Shown here: piece after piece, positions 20,368 to 30,125 of the stretch
How positions within the stretch are numbered: the first letter of the stretch is position 1
Layout of the letters: each line of letters starts with the position of its first letter
Assembly: GCA_038245295.1 (NCBI GenBank)
Contig: JBBRSP010000005.1
Coordinates: 128,001-192,000, forward strand
From: Candidatus Binatia bacterium
GTDB lineage: Bacteria; Desulfobacterota; Binatia; HRBIN30
DNA: 64,000 nt
Direction: 5' to 3'
The notes under the pieces: model-generated
Told to the model about the DNA's origin: nothing
The model's input: the letters and a program-made list of their open reading frames with translations, nothing else
Database searches by the model: none
Program-made: the position numbers and the translations under genes

Positions 20368-21564
20368 TCAGGCGAACTGACCCTTGCGGTACATGGTCAC
20401 AACCGCCGCGCCACCAAGGCCGAGGTTGTGCTGCAAGGCAATCTTCGCATCCTTGACCTGGCGCTTCTCGGCCTGGCCGCGCAGCTGCCAGTTGAGCTCA
20501 GCGCATTGCGCCAGACCGGTGGCACCAAGAGGATGGCCCTTCGAGATCAGACCGCCGGACGGATTGACGACGACCTTGCCGCCGTAGGTGTTGGCGCCGG
20601 AATCGACAAACTCGCCGCCCTTACCAATTTCGCACAAGCCGAGACCTTCGGTGGTGATCAGCTCGTTGCAAGAGAAGCAGTCGTGCAGCTCGACGACGTC
20701 GACGTTCTCCGGCCCGACGCCGCTCTGTTCGTACACCTTACGCGCCGCATTCTTCGTGAGATCGAAGCCGACCATCTTGATGCAGCTCTTCTCGTCGAAG
20801 CTGCTGTCGTAGTCGGTGGTCATCGACATGCCGATGATCTCGACTGCCTTGTCCTGCAAGTTGTGTTTCTTGACGAAGTCCTCGCTGCACAGAATCGCCG
20901 CACCCGATCCGTCAGAGGTTGGGCAGCACTGCAGCTTGGTCAGTGGCTCATACACCATGGGCGCGTTCAGAATGTCTTGCAGGGAGTACTCATCCTGGAA
21001 CTGCGAGTACGGGTTATTGACCGAGTGTTTGTGGTTCTTCCAACCGATCTTGGCGAACTGTTCGGCGGTGGTGCCGTACTTCTCCATGTGCTCGCGCCCG
21101 GCGTTGCCGAACATCTGCGCGGCAGCCGGCGCCTTGGCAAAACCGCGTTGCTCGACCATCACCGCGAAGTGCTTGTCCATCGGGTTGGTGCGATCGGAGT
21201 ACTTCACCCCGAGCGAGCCCTTTTCCATCTTCTCGAAGCCGAGTGCCAACGCGCACTCGGCAAGGCCGCCTTCGACGAACTGCTTGGCCATGAACAGCGC
21301 CGTCGAGCCGGTCGAGCAGTTATTGTTGACGTTGTAAACAGGGATGCCGGTGTGGCCGAGCTCATACACCGCGCGTTCACCGGAGGTCGACTCGCCGTAA
21401 CAGTAGCCAACCACCGCCTGCTCGACGGCGCTGTACGGAATGCCAGCGTCCTGCAGCGCCTTGGTGCCGGCCTCGCGGGCCATATCCGGATAGTCCCACG
21501 CTTTCGAACCGGGCTTCTCGAACTTCGTCATGCCTACACCGACTACGAATACTTTGCGTCCCAT
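20368..21564 (-). CDS. SCP2-type thiolase (lipid-transfer protein)
   Basis: [24 protein letters not shown] and QHNLGLGG motifs. Confidence 0.95.
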   Translation of the reverse strand: MGRKVFVVGVGMTKFEKPGSKAWDYPDMAREAGTKALQDAGIPYSAVEQAVVGYCYGESTSGERAVYELGHTGIPVYNVNNNCSTGSTALFMAKQFVEGGLAECALALGFEKMEKGSLGVKYSDRTNPMDKHFAVMVEQRGFAKAPAAAQMFGNAGREHMEKYGTTAEQFAKIGWKNHKHSVNNPYSQFQDEYSLQDILNAPMVYEPLTKLQCCPTSDGSGAAILCSEDFVKKHNLQDKAVEIIGMSMTTDYDSSFDEKSCIKMVGFDLTKNAARKVYEQSGVGPENVDVVELHDCFSCNELITTEGLGLCEIGKGGEFVDSGANTYGGKVVVNPSGGLISKGHPLGATGLAQCAELNWQLRGQAEKRQVKDAKIALQHNLGLGGAAVVTMYRKGQFA

Positions 21565-21592
21565 GGTGTCCTCTCCTCTTGATTGTGTTCCG

Positions 21593-21662
21593 ACGGAGTC
21601 GGCGTGCCCTCACGCCGCCCAGATGAACCGGCGACCGCGGGCTGAGGGCAGCCCGACTCCGT
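21593..21662. repeat. intergenic REP-like palindrome
   Basis: ACGGAGTCGGCGTGCCCTCA ... TGAGGGCAGCCCGACTCCGT. Confidence 0.65.
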
Positions 21663-21675
21663 TCTAGTGGACGAT

Positions 21676-22536
21676 TCAGCGCAGCTTGATCGCCGAGTTC
21701 GAAATCACCGGCGTGCCACGTTCCTTGGTGGTGGCGCTGATGAGAATCTTGTCGCCTTCTTTCCACATCGACGTGACGATGGTCTCGCCTGGAAAAACAA
21801 CGCCGGCGAAGCGGGCGTTATAACCAGCGACCTTCGTGACGTCGCCGTCGAGCATATTGTCGACGACCGCCTTGCAGACGATGCCGAAGGAGCACAGACC
21901 GTGCAAAATCGGTTTGTCGAAGCCACCCATCGAGGCAAAACCCGGATCGGCGTGCAGCGGGTTCTTGTCGCCGGACAGACGATACAGCAAGGCCTGGTGC
22001 TCCGCTGTCGGCGACTCGACAACCTTGTCGGGGGCACGGGTCGGGCTCTCGTTGCTGACCTTCGGGCCGGGATCGCCACCGAAGCCACCTTCGCCGCGGG
22101 CAAAGATCGAGAATCGATTGGTAAACAGCGGTGCCCCGCCCTGCTCCTTGGTGTCGACTTCGACAACAATCAACGCGGCCTTGCCCTTGTCGTAGATCCC
22201 GGCAATGCGCGCTTCGTTTTCCGTCTTGGCCGACGTCGGCAGCGGGCGGTGAATGACCACCTCTTGCTCACCATGCAGGACCATCATGAAGTTGATGTTG
22301 ATGCCGGGGATGCCGCCGATTCCGCCCATGGCGCCAAAAACCGGGATGACCGCGAAACTGGGAAGGACCTTGAGATTGCTCTCAAAGGTGTACTCGAGCT
22401 CCTTCGGATCAGTCGCCTTGCCCGGTCCGGCGCCGGCGCCAACACCGAGGTGATACAGAATCACGTCGTCGACGTCCCATGAACCTGCCGACGTCGGCAT
22501 CTTTGCACCCATGGCTAGTTTTGGATCTACAGGCAT
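21676..22536 (-). CDS. MaoC-type (R)-enoyl-CoA hydratase 2 (double hot-dog)
   Basis: YRLSGDKNPLHADP, PILHGLCSFG and VLHGEQ motifs. Confidence 0.93.
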   Translation of the reverse strand: MPVDPKLAMGAKMPTSAGSWDVDDVILYHLGVGAGAGPGKATDPKELEYTFESNLKVLPSFAVIPVFGAMGGIGGIPGININFMMVLHGEQEVVIHRPLPTSAKTENEARIAGIYDKGKAALIVVEVDTKEQGGAPLFTNRFSIFARGEGGFGGDPGPKVSNESPTRAPDKVVESPTAEHQALLYRLSGDKNPLHADPGFASMGGFDKPILHGLCSFGIVCKAVVDNMLDGDVTKVAGYNARFAGVVFPGETIVTSMWKEGDKILISATTKERGTPVISNSAIKLR

Positions 22537-22922
22537 CGCTCACCCTCCTTCATGCTTTCACTTACACTCGCCGTCACGGCACCACCCGCCGCAATCGACA
22601 GAACTGCGCGACCGCAGACTCCCGTCGGTGCCGGGATGACAACAAAGCTTTTCGCACTCTCCAAGTTTGAGATCCGCCTGAGGGGCCAGACCGCGAGGCA
22701 GTGTGGCGATCTGCCAGGCCTGAGTCAACGGACTCAACGTAGGGTGTTGCGGCGTCGGGAAGGTGCGGTGTCGGGCATCCACCAAATCCCCAACGAGCAC
22801 TCGAACACCAGGGTCTCGCGCTATGAGCCGATCGCACTCGTCCCGTAGCGATTATTTCATCACATGAAGAATGCAACCGCCGGCATTGAGGACTATTGTG
22901 GTCACTGAAAGGAGGCTAGCGG

Positions 22923-23156
22923 ATGGCACCCACGAGAAAGCGAACAACGGTTACTCAGTCTTGGGACGACATCGGCAGCGCGGCTGGTGACCTGTGGTCA
23001 TGCCTCGACGAAGGCGGCTCGATGTTGGCGGAAGAAGCGCGCACCAAGACCGGCTTGCCGGCCAACGTCCTCTACGCCGCGATCGGCTGGTTGGCCCGTG
23101 AAGGCAAGCTGACTTTGGACGGCGGCGGTAAGACGCTGCGCATCAGCCTTACCTAG
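22923..23156 (+). CDS. winged-helix protein (DUF2582-like)
   Basis: IGSAAGDLW...AAIGWLAREGKL; AAAGGAGG SD. Confidence 0.85.
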   Translation: MAPTRKRTTVTQSWDDIGSAAGDLWSCLDEGGSMLAEEARTKTGLPANVLYAAIGWLAREGKLTLDGGGKTLRISLT

Positions 23157-23209
23157 TCGAAATCAGGGCGGCGCGGCGGCGCCGTCTTGATCGGAAGCGC
23201 ATCACGCAT

Positions 23210-24184
23210 TCAATCCAAGGCCTTGTCGAGGGCCGCGTGGAGGTCGACATCCCGCCGCTGCTCGACCACCTGCCGCAAGCGTTCAACCAATCCTGCATCG
23301 TGCCGATAGATTGCCAGGGCATCGATGGCATCGCGTGCCGTCGGGCCATTGGCTTCGCGAACCTGCTCGAGAACCCACTCCAAGGCTTCGTCGTGCTTGA
23401 GCATGGCGATGGCCAAAAGGGCAATGCGCCGCCGCTCGGGCTTGCTCAGGTGCACGAACCAACCCTGCAGCACCGGCAGCGCGGCACGAACGCGCGAACC
23501 GCCGAGCGCCAACGCCACGCTCTCCTGGAAAACGCCTTCGCTGCGCAGCAATAGACGGCCGAGGAAATCGACACCGGCAGCGGGCGTCACCCTGAGCAAC
23601 GCGGTCATACATTCGCCGATCACTTCACTTTCGGCATCCCCACTAAGGATCTTGAGGCGCAACAGCGGCGCCCCTTGCTCATTCTCGCTGTAGGCAATGG
23701 CTTGTGCGGCGGCCGCACGGACCTGCACCTCGGGATCCGCAAGCAAACCGGCGAGCTCCACAAAGACCTCGCGATAGTTCATCCGCACCAAACCGAGGGC
23801 GCAAACGCTGCGCAGCGGCCCGGCGGTATCGGCACTGCCACCCCAGACGGGCTCGAGTTGTACATGATGCGCGCCGCGCAAGAACGTCGACTCCTCGTCG
23901 GCACCGATGCGGTACAATGCATCGGCGATCGCCATCTTGGCGGCACAGTTCGGATCGCTCTTCGCTGCGTTCTCCATCAAACGACCAAAGGCGGCCACGA
24001 GATCGGGCGTCAGTGGTTCAATTTCATCGTGTGCGACGATCTGTGCGGCTTTGGCCACAAGGGCCGCCTCGCGCCCGGCGAGGGCGCGCCGCAGTGCCGC
24101 GATCGCCTCGGGAGCACGTGGATCGTCTCGCAGCGCATTCAGCGCCGCCAGGGAGGTCTCGAGAGTGGAGGTTCGCTTTACCAT
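23210..24184 (-). CDS. HEAT-repeat protein
   Basis: repeated helical units such as LLADPEVQVRAAAAQAIA. Confidence 0.8.
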   Translation of the reverse strand: MVKRTSTLETSLAALNALRDDPRAPEAIAALRRALAGREAALVAKAAQIVAHDEIEPLTPDLVAAFGRLMENAAKSDPNCAAKMAIADALYRIGADEESTFLRGAHHVQLEPVWGGSADTAGPLRSVCALGLVRMNYREVFVELAGLLADPEVQVRAAAAQAIAYSENEQGAPLLRLKILSGDAESEVIGECMTALLRVTPAAGVDFLGRLLLRSEGVFQESVALALGGSRVRAALPVLQGWFVHLSKPERRRIALLAIAMLKHDEALEWVLEQVREANGPTARDAIDALAIYRHDAGLVERLRQVVEQRRDVDLHAALDKALD

Positions 24185-24204
24185 GAGCGTGACCGGCAAG
24201 ACCG

Positions 24205-24270
24205 CGCAGGCTGAAGCCTGCGCCTACCACCAATCATCCGGGGAAGGAGGGCGGTAGGCGCAAGCTTGCG
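24205..24270. repeat. GTAG-type REP doublet
   Basis: CGCAGGCTGAAGCCTGCGCCTACC ... GGTAGGCGCAAGCTTGCG. Confidence 0.8.
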
Positions 24271-24279
24271 CTGGCACGA

Positions 24280-26487
24280 TCACACCCCAGACCAACTCTC
24301 CGTCGCTTGCGGGCCGGCAGCGGGACGGACATCCACCACGATCCCGGTCAGATGCGCCATCCCCGAAACACTCTCGAGATTCTCGGCGCCATCGGCGGCG
24401 AGAATGTTGACGTTCACTCCCGTCGTCTTGCTGGCGACGGTCAGTCCGGTGGCGTGCTGATGGCCCCAACCATGGGGCAGCGCCACCGTGCCGGGCATGA
24501 GATCGTCGAGCAGCCGCACCGGCACGCGCACCATCGCGGTTGCCGATGACACATCCGCCACGTCGCCCTCTTTCAACCCGATACGCGCCGCATCCTGCGG
24601 ATGCACGTAGAGATGATTGGTATGGCGCCCGCCCGAGACGAAGTCCTCGAGGTTGTGAGTCCACGAATTGTGCGTATGCACGGCGCGTTTGCTGATCAGC
24701 TTGAGGCGATCGCGGTTCTTGATTTCGGCGCTGAAATCGAGATCGAGCTTGCGCGCTTGTTCGAGCAGCACCGGCGGCGCCAAATGCATCTTGCCGTCTT
24801 CGGTAACGACGCGTTTGCCGAGAAAATCATCGGCCTCGTGATCCGGTCGCGCCACGCCATGCGGCTGGGCCAACAGCTTCTTGAACGAACCGTGGCGCGT
24901 CGCCCGCAACAGCAATGAAAGCAGGGTCTCTTGCGGAAGCGCGGGTTGCGCTTCGGGATGACGTCGGCTGTGCCAACGCATGGCGATCTCGAGCATGCGT
25001 TGCGCGGCGCGTGAGCCGAACAAGTTCACGCCGCTGGCGCGACAAAGATCGAGGTAGATCGATGCCTCGTCGCGCACCTCACCGGTGGGCGCGATCAACC
25101 GCTCGGTCGCCTGCAGGTAGGGCCGCGACTGCAACCCAAGCATCAGCGGGAAGATGAACGGCAGGTCGGGACGCTCGAGCGGCGACGTGCACGGCAAAAT
25201 GTAGTGTGCCAGCGACCCCGTCTCGTTGCGGAAGATATCGAGCGTCACCAGCAACTCGAGTTTTTTGAACGCCTCCTTGAGGCGCTGCGAGTTCGGCATG
25301 GTTATCAGCGGATTGCCGCCGGTGACGAAGAGAGCGCGCACCTGCTTGTCACCGGGCGTAAAGATCTCGTCGGCAAGGATGCCGCCGGGAAAGGCATCAT
25401 TGGTTTGTGTCAGGTTGCCGACGCGCGAGCGTTCGTCGCGCATCAGCAAGCCGTTCTTCACACCGAATTTTGGAAAGTCGAAGATTCCGCGCCCGACCAG
25501 AGTGCCGCCGCGGCGATCGAGATTGCCGGAAGCGGCGTTGATGACTTCTTGCAGCCAGTAACACAGGGTTCCGTTGGTCCCCATGTTGACGCCGGTGGAA
25601 CAATACAAGGCCGCACCGTCGGCGCGCCGATATGCTGTGACCATCTGACGCAGCGTCGCTGCCGGAATCTGCGTCACCTCGGCCGTGCGCTCGGCAGGCC
25701 ACGCTGCCACGAGTTGAGCCACGGCTTCGAATCCGGTGGTTTGTTGGCCAAGGCGGTTCGGATCGATACCGCCCTGCGCGATGAGCTCCTGCAAGAAGGA
25801 CAGAAAGAAGAAGACATCGGTATTCGGGCGAATGAAGACGTGCTCACCCGCAACCTTGGCGGTTTCGGTCTTGCGCGGATCGACAATGAAGACGCGCCCG
25901 CCGCGCGCTTCGATATCCTTGAGGCGCTTGCCGGGATTCGGGACCTGCAGAAAACTCCACTTCGAAATCACCGGATTCGCGCCGACGATGATCAGACAGT
26001 TGGTGCGATCGACATCGGGAAACGGCAGGGTGAACGGGAAGCCGTAAATGTGGCGTGACGCCGCGAACTTGCTGGCACAATCCTGCGTTGCCGAAGCATA
26101 CATGCTGTGCGAGCCGACGGCGTCCATAAACCCCTGAGCAAACACCGGATGCAACACACCAAACCCAGCTGCCGTTCCGACATACATGGCGATGCTGTTG
26201 GCATGATGATCCAGGCGCAGCTGACGCACCTTCTTGCCGATCTCGCTGATCGCCTGATCCCACGACACCTCTTGCCACTGATCACCGGTGCGTTTAAGGG
26301 GGCGCCGCACGCGATCCGGCGAATCATAGAAGTGATGCTGCTTGAGCCCTTTCATACAGCCAAAGCCCTGCGTCGCGACGTGTTCCGTGTCGGGCTTGAT
26401 GTCGACAACCCGATTGTTTTCGGTTGTCACCTCGAGCCCACATAACGACTCACAAATACGACAGAAGGTGGTCTTCGTTTCCTGCAT
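24280..26487 (-). CDS. molybdopterin-dependent oxidoreductase
   Basis: N-terminal CRICESLC...CMKG Fe-S motif, FIVDPRKTETA and C-terminal HPQDA...PHGWG; start MQETKTT at 26487. Confidence 0.93.
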   Translation of the reverse strand: MQETKTTFCRICESLCGLEVTTENNRVVDIKPDTEHVATQGFGCMKGLKQHHFYDSPDRVRRPLKRTGDQWQEVSWDQAISEIGKKVRQLRLDHHANSIAMYVGTAAGFGVLHPVFAQGFMDAVGSHSMYASATQDCASKFAASRHIYGFPFTLPFPDVDRTNCLIIVGANPVISKWSFLQVPNPGKRLKDIEARGGRVFIVDPRKTETAKVAGEHVFIRPNTDVFFFLSFLQELIAQGGIDPNRLGQQTTGFEAVAQLVAAWPAERTAEVTQIPAATLRQMVTAYRRADGAALYCSTGVNMGTNGTLCYWLQEVINAASGNLDRRGGTLVGRGIFDFPKFGVKNGLLMRDERSRVGNLTQTNDAFPGGILADEIFTPGDKQVRALFVTGGNPLITMPNSQRLKEAFKKLELLVTLDIFRNETGSLAHYILPCTSPLERPDLPFIFPLMLGLQSRPYLQATERLIAPTGEVRDEASIYLDLCRASGVNLFGSRAAQRMLEIAMRWHSRRHPEAQPALPQETLLSLLLRATRHGSFKKLLAQPHGVARPDHEADDFLGKRVVTEDGKMHLAPPVLLEQARKLDLDFSAEIKNRDRLKLISKRAVHTHNSWTHNLEDFVSGGRHTNHLYVHPQDAARIGLKEGDVADVSSATAMVRVPVRLLDDLMPGTVALPHGWGHQHATGLTVASKTTGVNVNILAADGAENLESVSGMAHLTGIVVDVRPAAGPQATESWSGV

Positions 26488-26594
26488 AAAAGTCCCCGTG
26501 GCCCGTTGCGTATCATCGAGCCGCCAAGTCCACCAGCACAACTCTGAATTCCCCTTGCACGACGACGGCGGACACCCGATAGAGACTGCCTCGC

Positions 26595-27767
26595 ATGCTG
26601 ACGCGCGCCGAACTCGTCGATGGATTGCACCTCGCCCGCGGCCTGGCACGCGAAGGGTTCTTCCTGGTTCTGGAGCGAATCGCCGGGGCCGAGGGTGTGC
26701 CGGCACGCGTACACGAAATTGGGCCGGCGTGGCTGACCGTCATCCTGCAGCAGCAATTCGCCGGTATCCACATCGACGCCGTGCGCCGCCTCGGCGGTAC
26801 CGCCGGAACAACCGACCGTGTACGTTTGGCGCTGCAGTACAAGGCGCGCGGCAGCGGCCCGGCTCCACCAGCATCGCTGTTTGTGAAAACCAGCCCCTCG
26901 ACGTCGCGTACGCGCTTGTTCATCAACCTCATGCACCTCGGAGCCAACGAGGTTGGCTTCTACCGCGAGATCGCCAAGGAAGTCCCTGTTGAACACCCAC
27001 GTTGTTTCTACGCTCAGGTCACCGATGGTTCGCAGCGCTTCGTCCTGGTGCTCGAAGATCTCGTCGACCGGCATGCGCGATTCACCGACGTATCGCATCC
27101 GCTCGACCTTGCCGACGTGCGCGCGGTGGTCCAAACCCTGGCCACCCTGCACGCGGCGTGGTGGGAAAGCCCACGTTTCCACGGTGACCTCGTGTGGCTC
27201 AAGGCATTCGAACGAAATCCGAACCAGCGCACCGAACGTTTCTTATGTCGCGCCGCGGTACCGCAAGGCCTGCGCGCCTTCCCCGATCTCGTGCCGCAGG
27301 TAGTGACCAACGCCCTGCCCCTCTTGTTGGCGGCACGCGATCAACTCGAGATCGAATGGGCCCGTGGGCCGCGCACCCTGATTCACGGCGACGCACATGT
27401 CGGCAACATGTACTTTCTCGACGGAACCGTCGGCTTGCTCGACTGGCAAGTCGTGCAGTACGGCCAGGGCATGCGCGACCTCAGCTACTTTCTGGTCAAC
27501 TCGGTGCCGACCGAATTGCGCCGTAGCGAACAACGCGCCTTGATCGAGCTCTACCTCGAAACGCTCGGCGTGTTTGGCGTCGAGACACCGACCTTCGACG
27601 ACGCCTGGCAGCAGTATCGCCTGCACGCGATCTACGCCTGGATCAGTGCCGCCTTCACCGCGGCGGCAGCAACGTTACAATCGGCGGCTATCGTGCGAGC
27701 CGGGCTGGAACGAAGCTGCGCGGCGCTCGTCGATCTCGAGTCGATCGAGGCAGTGCGAAGGTTGTAG
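26595..27767 (+). CDS. APH/choline-kinase-like phosphotransferase
   Basis: EVGFYRE, LVLEDL, TLIHGDAHVGN, LDWQ and DLSYFL motifs. Confidence 0.88.
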   Translation: MLTRAELVDGLHLARGLAREGFFLVLERIAGAEGVPARVHEIGPAWLTVILQQQFAGIHIDAVRRLGGTAGTTDRVRLALQYKARGSGPAPPASLFVKTSPSTSRTRLFINLMHLGANEVGFYREIAKEVPVEHPRCFYAQVTDGSQRFVLVLEDLVDRHARFTDVSHPLDLADVRAVVQTLATLHAAWWESPRFHGDLVWLKAFERNPNQRTERFLCRAAVPQGLRAFPDLVPQVVTNALPLLLAARDQLEIEWARGPRTLIHGDAHVGNMYFLDGTVGLLDWQVVQYGQGMRDLSYFLVNSVPTELRRSEQRALIELYLETLGVFGVETPTFDDAWQQYRLHAIYAWISAAFTAAAATLQSAAIVRAGLERSCAALVDLESIEAVRRL

Positions 27768-27780
27768 GCCGTAGGTGTGT

Positions 27781-28241
27781 CGTCCCGGCGCAGGCCGGGA
27801 CCCAGTGTTGGAATCGAATCTGCGCTCGGGCTTGGTCTCCACTACTGGATCCCGGCCCAATGTCGTTAAGTTCGCGGTCGACTCGGGTAGCTCTGGTGAA
27901 AACCGGCAAGTTCTCATTCTCGATCCTGCTTCGAAAGTTTCCTGGGTGACTGGCCTGCGGACCCGACGTTGAGCCAGAGCGGAGCAAGAGCGCAGGCTAA
28001 AGCCGGGCGCGGCTTTGCACCTAGATTGGATGGCACGCCGCGGGGCATGACCACTGAATTCTGGGTCCCTGGCCCACCGAAGGCCAGGCGAAGGCGGGTC
28101 CATTCTGGATGCGTTGAGGCCGGTAACCCGTCGTTGCACCGGCGGGCCTCGCAAGCAGCGCGAACGCATCGAGAACCGCGAACCCAGGATCCAGGATGAG
28201 AACGGTTAACTTAACGGCGCTGGATCCCAGCCTGCGTGGGA
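27781..28241. repeat. CGTC-type REP doublet split by an insertion
   Basis: arm CGTCCCGGCGCAGGCCGGGACCCAG; partner arm CTGGATCCCGGCC|...|TGCGTGGGA is interrupted. Confidence 0.7.
27858..28222. mobile_element. 365-bp non-autonomous IS4-like element (MITE)
   Basis: TIRs CAATGTCGTTAAGTT / AACTTAACGGCGCTG (12/15); 10-bp flanking direct repeat GATCCC(G/A)GCC; no transposase ORF. Confidence 0.75.
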
Positions 28242-28399
28242 GATATTGGACTCATCCCCTTTTCCCGCCCTGTTCATGATTTCCCTCGAGAGTTCCCGTT
28301 CTTGCTTGATGCGCGGCTGCGGCCGCGGCGACCCAGCATCTCATCGGCGGTTGCCTGCCACAAGCCGATGTTGGTGTCGCGCGCTTCCAAACAGAGGCA

Positions 28400-28448
28400 G
28401 GCAGTAGGCAGCAGGCAATAGGCAATAGGCAGGAGGCAGGAGGCAGAC
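28400..28448 (+). repeat. heptamer tandem repeat GGCARNA x7
   Basis: GGCAGTA GGCAGCA GGCAATA GGCAATA GGCAGGA GGCAGGA GGCAGAC. Confidence 0.85.
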
Positions 28449-28449
28449 G

Positions 28450-28598
28450 CTACTGTCGCGTCGCGCAACCAGCTTCAAAAATTGTTTACACCATAGTTTC
28501 TTGAAGCGGAGGGGGTGTAAATTAGCGGTACTCTAGGTCTCCTCACGCGACCGTCTACGCAACTAATATTACATGCCGTCGCGTCAGTTTCCTGACGC
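28450..28598 (-). repeat. degenerate inverted copies of the 82-bp unit
   Basis: minus strand reads GGTCGCGTGAGGAGACCTAGAGTACCGCTAATTTACA...CGCTTCAAGAAAC, which aligns with the plus-strand units. Confidence 0.65.
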
Positions 28599-28663
28599 AA
28601 AATGTGCGCCTGGACGCCGTCGCGGCACGAAAAGACCCAAAAACCCAGCTTTCAGGCGTGGTC

Positions 28664-28922
28664 GCTTCAATAAACCATACGTAAAATAATTCACACTAAT
28701 CGGCGCGTGAAGCGCCGTAGTGCGCCCCTAATTTTACGTATGCTCGCTTCAAGAAACCATAGGTAAGATGATTCCCACTAATGGGCGCGTGAAGCGCCAT
28801 AGTGTACCCCTAATTTTACGTATGCTCGCTTCAAGAAACGATACGTAGGATGATTCTTGCTAATGCAAGCGTGAATCGCTGAAGCCCCGAACTAATCCAG
28901 CGCAGGGCCGCTTCTAGAAACC
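28664..28922 (+). repeat. 82-bp tandem repeat array of hairpin-forming units (3 full copies plus the start of a 4th)
   Basis: GCTTC(A/T)A(G/T)AAAC recurs at 28664, 28746, 28828 and 28910; units 1 and 2 match at 73/82. Confidence 0.9.
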
Positions 28923-28963
28923 TGGCTTGAAACAACACATGCGAGCCACCAATCCAAGCCCAT

Positions 28964-28987
28964 GGGAGCGCCGGTCTCCAGACCGGC
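28964..28987. repeat. REP-like palindrome
   Basis: GGGAGCGCCGGTCTCCAGACCGGC; a partial second copy lies about 45 bp downstream. Confidence 0.55.
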
Positions 28988-29091
28988 CGTCTCTTGGAGC
29001 GCAGCCCCCGGGAGCGCCGGTGTTCCTCCGCCTTCCGCCGCCGCCCTCGCCCTCGCCTCCGTTCAGTGCCGTTCGAGCGAGAACAACCGAT

Positions 29092-29190
29092 GATGGAAAA
29101 TTTCGAATGGAGAATGGAGGACCGGTCGAGGCGCTTGCGTACCGCCTACGATCGACCGGTTCTCCATCCCCGGTTCGAAATTCTCGATTT
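29092..29190. repeat. long imperfect inverted repeat with 7-bp periodicity
   Basis: AATTTCGAA..ATGGAGGACCGGTCGA ... TCGACCGGTTCTCCAT..TTCGAAATT. Confidence 0.65.
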
Positions 29191-29383
29191 GCCGGTTGCT
29201 CGAGTTGCTCGCCCCCGGCGCGCCGGGGGCCGGCATGGCCCTCAAATTCCCACCCAAACAAGTCAACATGACCTGCATCGCCGGCGGCGATGCGGAGTGC
29301 GCCTGCAAGGAAGACGTTGGGAAGGACTCAAAGGACTGATGGGAGCGGCTGGGTAGCCGGACGGGGCAAGCTCGACGTTCGGC

Positions 29384-29610
29384 TCACGGTTGGTCACTCG
29401 CCAGATGGAGGGCGTCGAGCGGCTTGAAAGAAACCGGTCGACGGGCGACGCGCCAGCCCATCGTACCAGCTCCCAATCACTTGCCGTGGCGCTCAAGTGG
29501 ACGCGGGCGATGTCGGGCGGGAAAATGCCGGCTGCCTTGCTCCGTGCGTCGGTGATCGCCGCGTTGATTCGCGTCGGTTTCGCCAGCCCCTTGAAATCGG
29601 ACATTGTCAA
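29384..29610 (-). pseudogene. probable PIN/VapC toxin remnant
   Basis: FKPLDALHLAS motif at 29428-29396 is out of frame with the upstream reading frame and truncated shortly after. Confidence 0.4.
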
Positions 29611-29638
29611 TCAAGTTTCCATGGGGTATTCGTGACAC

Positions 29639-29920
29639 GTGCAGTTCGAGTGGGATCCGGCCAAGGAGCGCGAAAATCGCCTGCGGCACGGAGTCGCCTT
29701 CGATCTGGCTTCGAGTGTGTTCGACGACCCTGACTTGGTGCTCGCCGAGGATTCAGCGCATAGCGCCACCGAGCGTCGCTACTTCGCCTTTGGCGAAGCG
29801 GGCAGCGGGATCCTGACAGTGCGTTTCACCGTTCGCGGCGAAAGGATTCGTATCATCGGTGCGGGATACTGGCGCAAAGGAAGAGACTTCTATGAAAAAG
29901 CGAATCGAATACACCGATGA
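29639..29920 (+). CDS. BrnT-family toxin (DUF497)
   Basis: FEWDPAKERENRLRHGVAF, HSATERRY and RIRIIGAGYWRKG motifs. Confidence 0.92.
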   Translation: MQFEWDPAKERENRLRHGVAFDLASSVFDDPDLVLAEDSAHSATERRYFAFGEAGSGILTVRFTVRGERIRIIGAGYWRKGRDFYEKANRIHR

Positions 29921-30125
29921 ACCGATGACGATCGGCCGGGTCGTCAGCCGCGACATCCTGCCTGGGCACGGTGGTGCACGCTCCGGTGCCGGTCGTCCGC
30001 CCTCCGGCAAAAGTCCGCTGACGCTTCGACTTCCGCCCAAGCTGATCGAGGTGGTGCGACGCCAGGCGCGGAAGGCCGGGCAATCCGTATCGGACTTCGT
30101 CGCCGCCAAGCTGCAGGGCAGCTGA
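29892..30125 (+). CDS. antitoxin, CopG/RHH-type
   Basis: overlaps the toxin 3' end; MKKRIEYTDEP N-terminus; C-terminal LTLRLP...ARKAGQSVSDFV ribbon-helix-helix. Confidence 0.82.
   Translation: MKKRIEYTDEPMTIGRVVSRDILPGHGGARSGAGRPPSGKSPLTLRLPPKLIEVVRRQARKAGQSVSDFVAAKLQGS

Noticed and set aside
20428..21582. Long antisense ORFs (also 2380-3858, 9779-10723, 16655-18043, 35817-36521, 50241-51539)
   Set aside because: Shadows of well-supported genes on the other strand, expected in high-GC DNA.
24280..26706. Extended ORF-track starts (808-aa Mo-oxidoreductase, 610-aa GlpD, 428-aa LLM, 443-aa kinase)
   Set aside because: Extensions overlap other genes or repeats; family motifs begin at the downstream starts used.
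28654..28860. Chromosomal dif site
   Set aside because: One arm resembles XerD (8/11), but the XerC arm matches only about 5/11 and the motif is embedded in larger repeats. Kept only as a hypothesis.
28664..28922. CRISPR array interpretation of the 82-bp repeats
   Set aside because: Units are similar along their whole length with no unique spacers, and there are no cas genes in the window.
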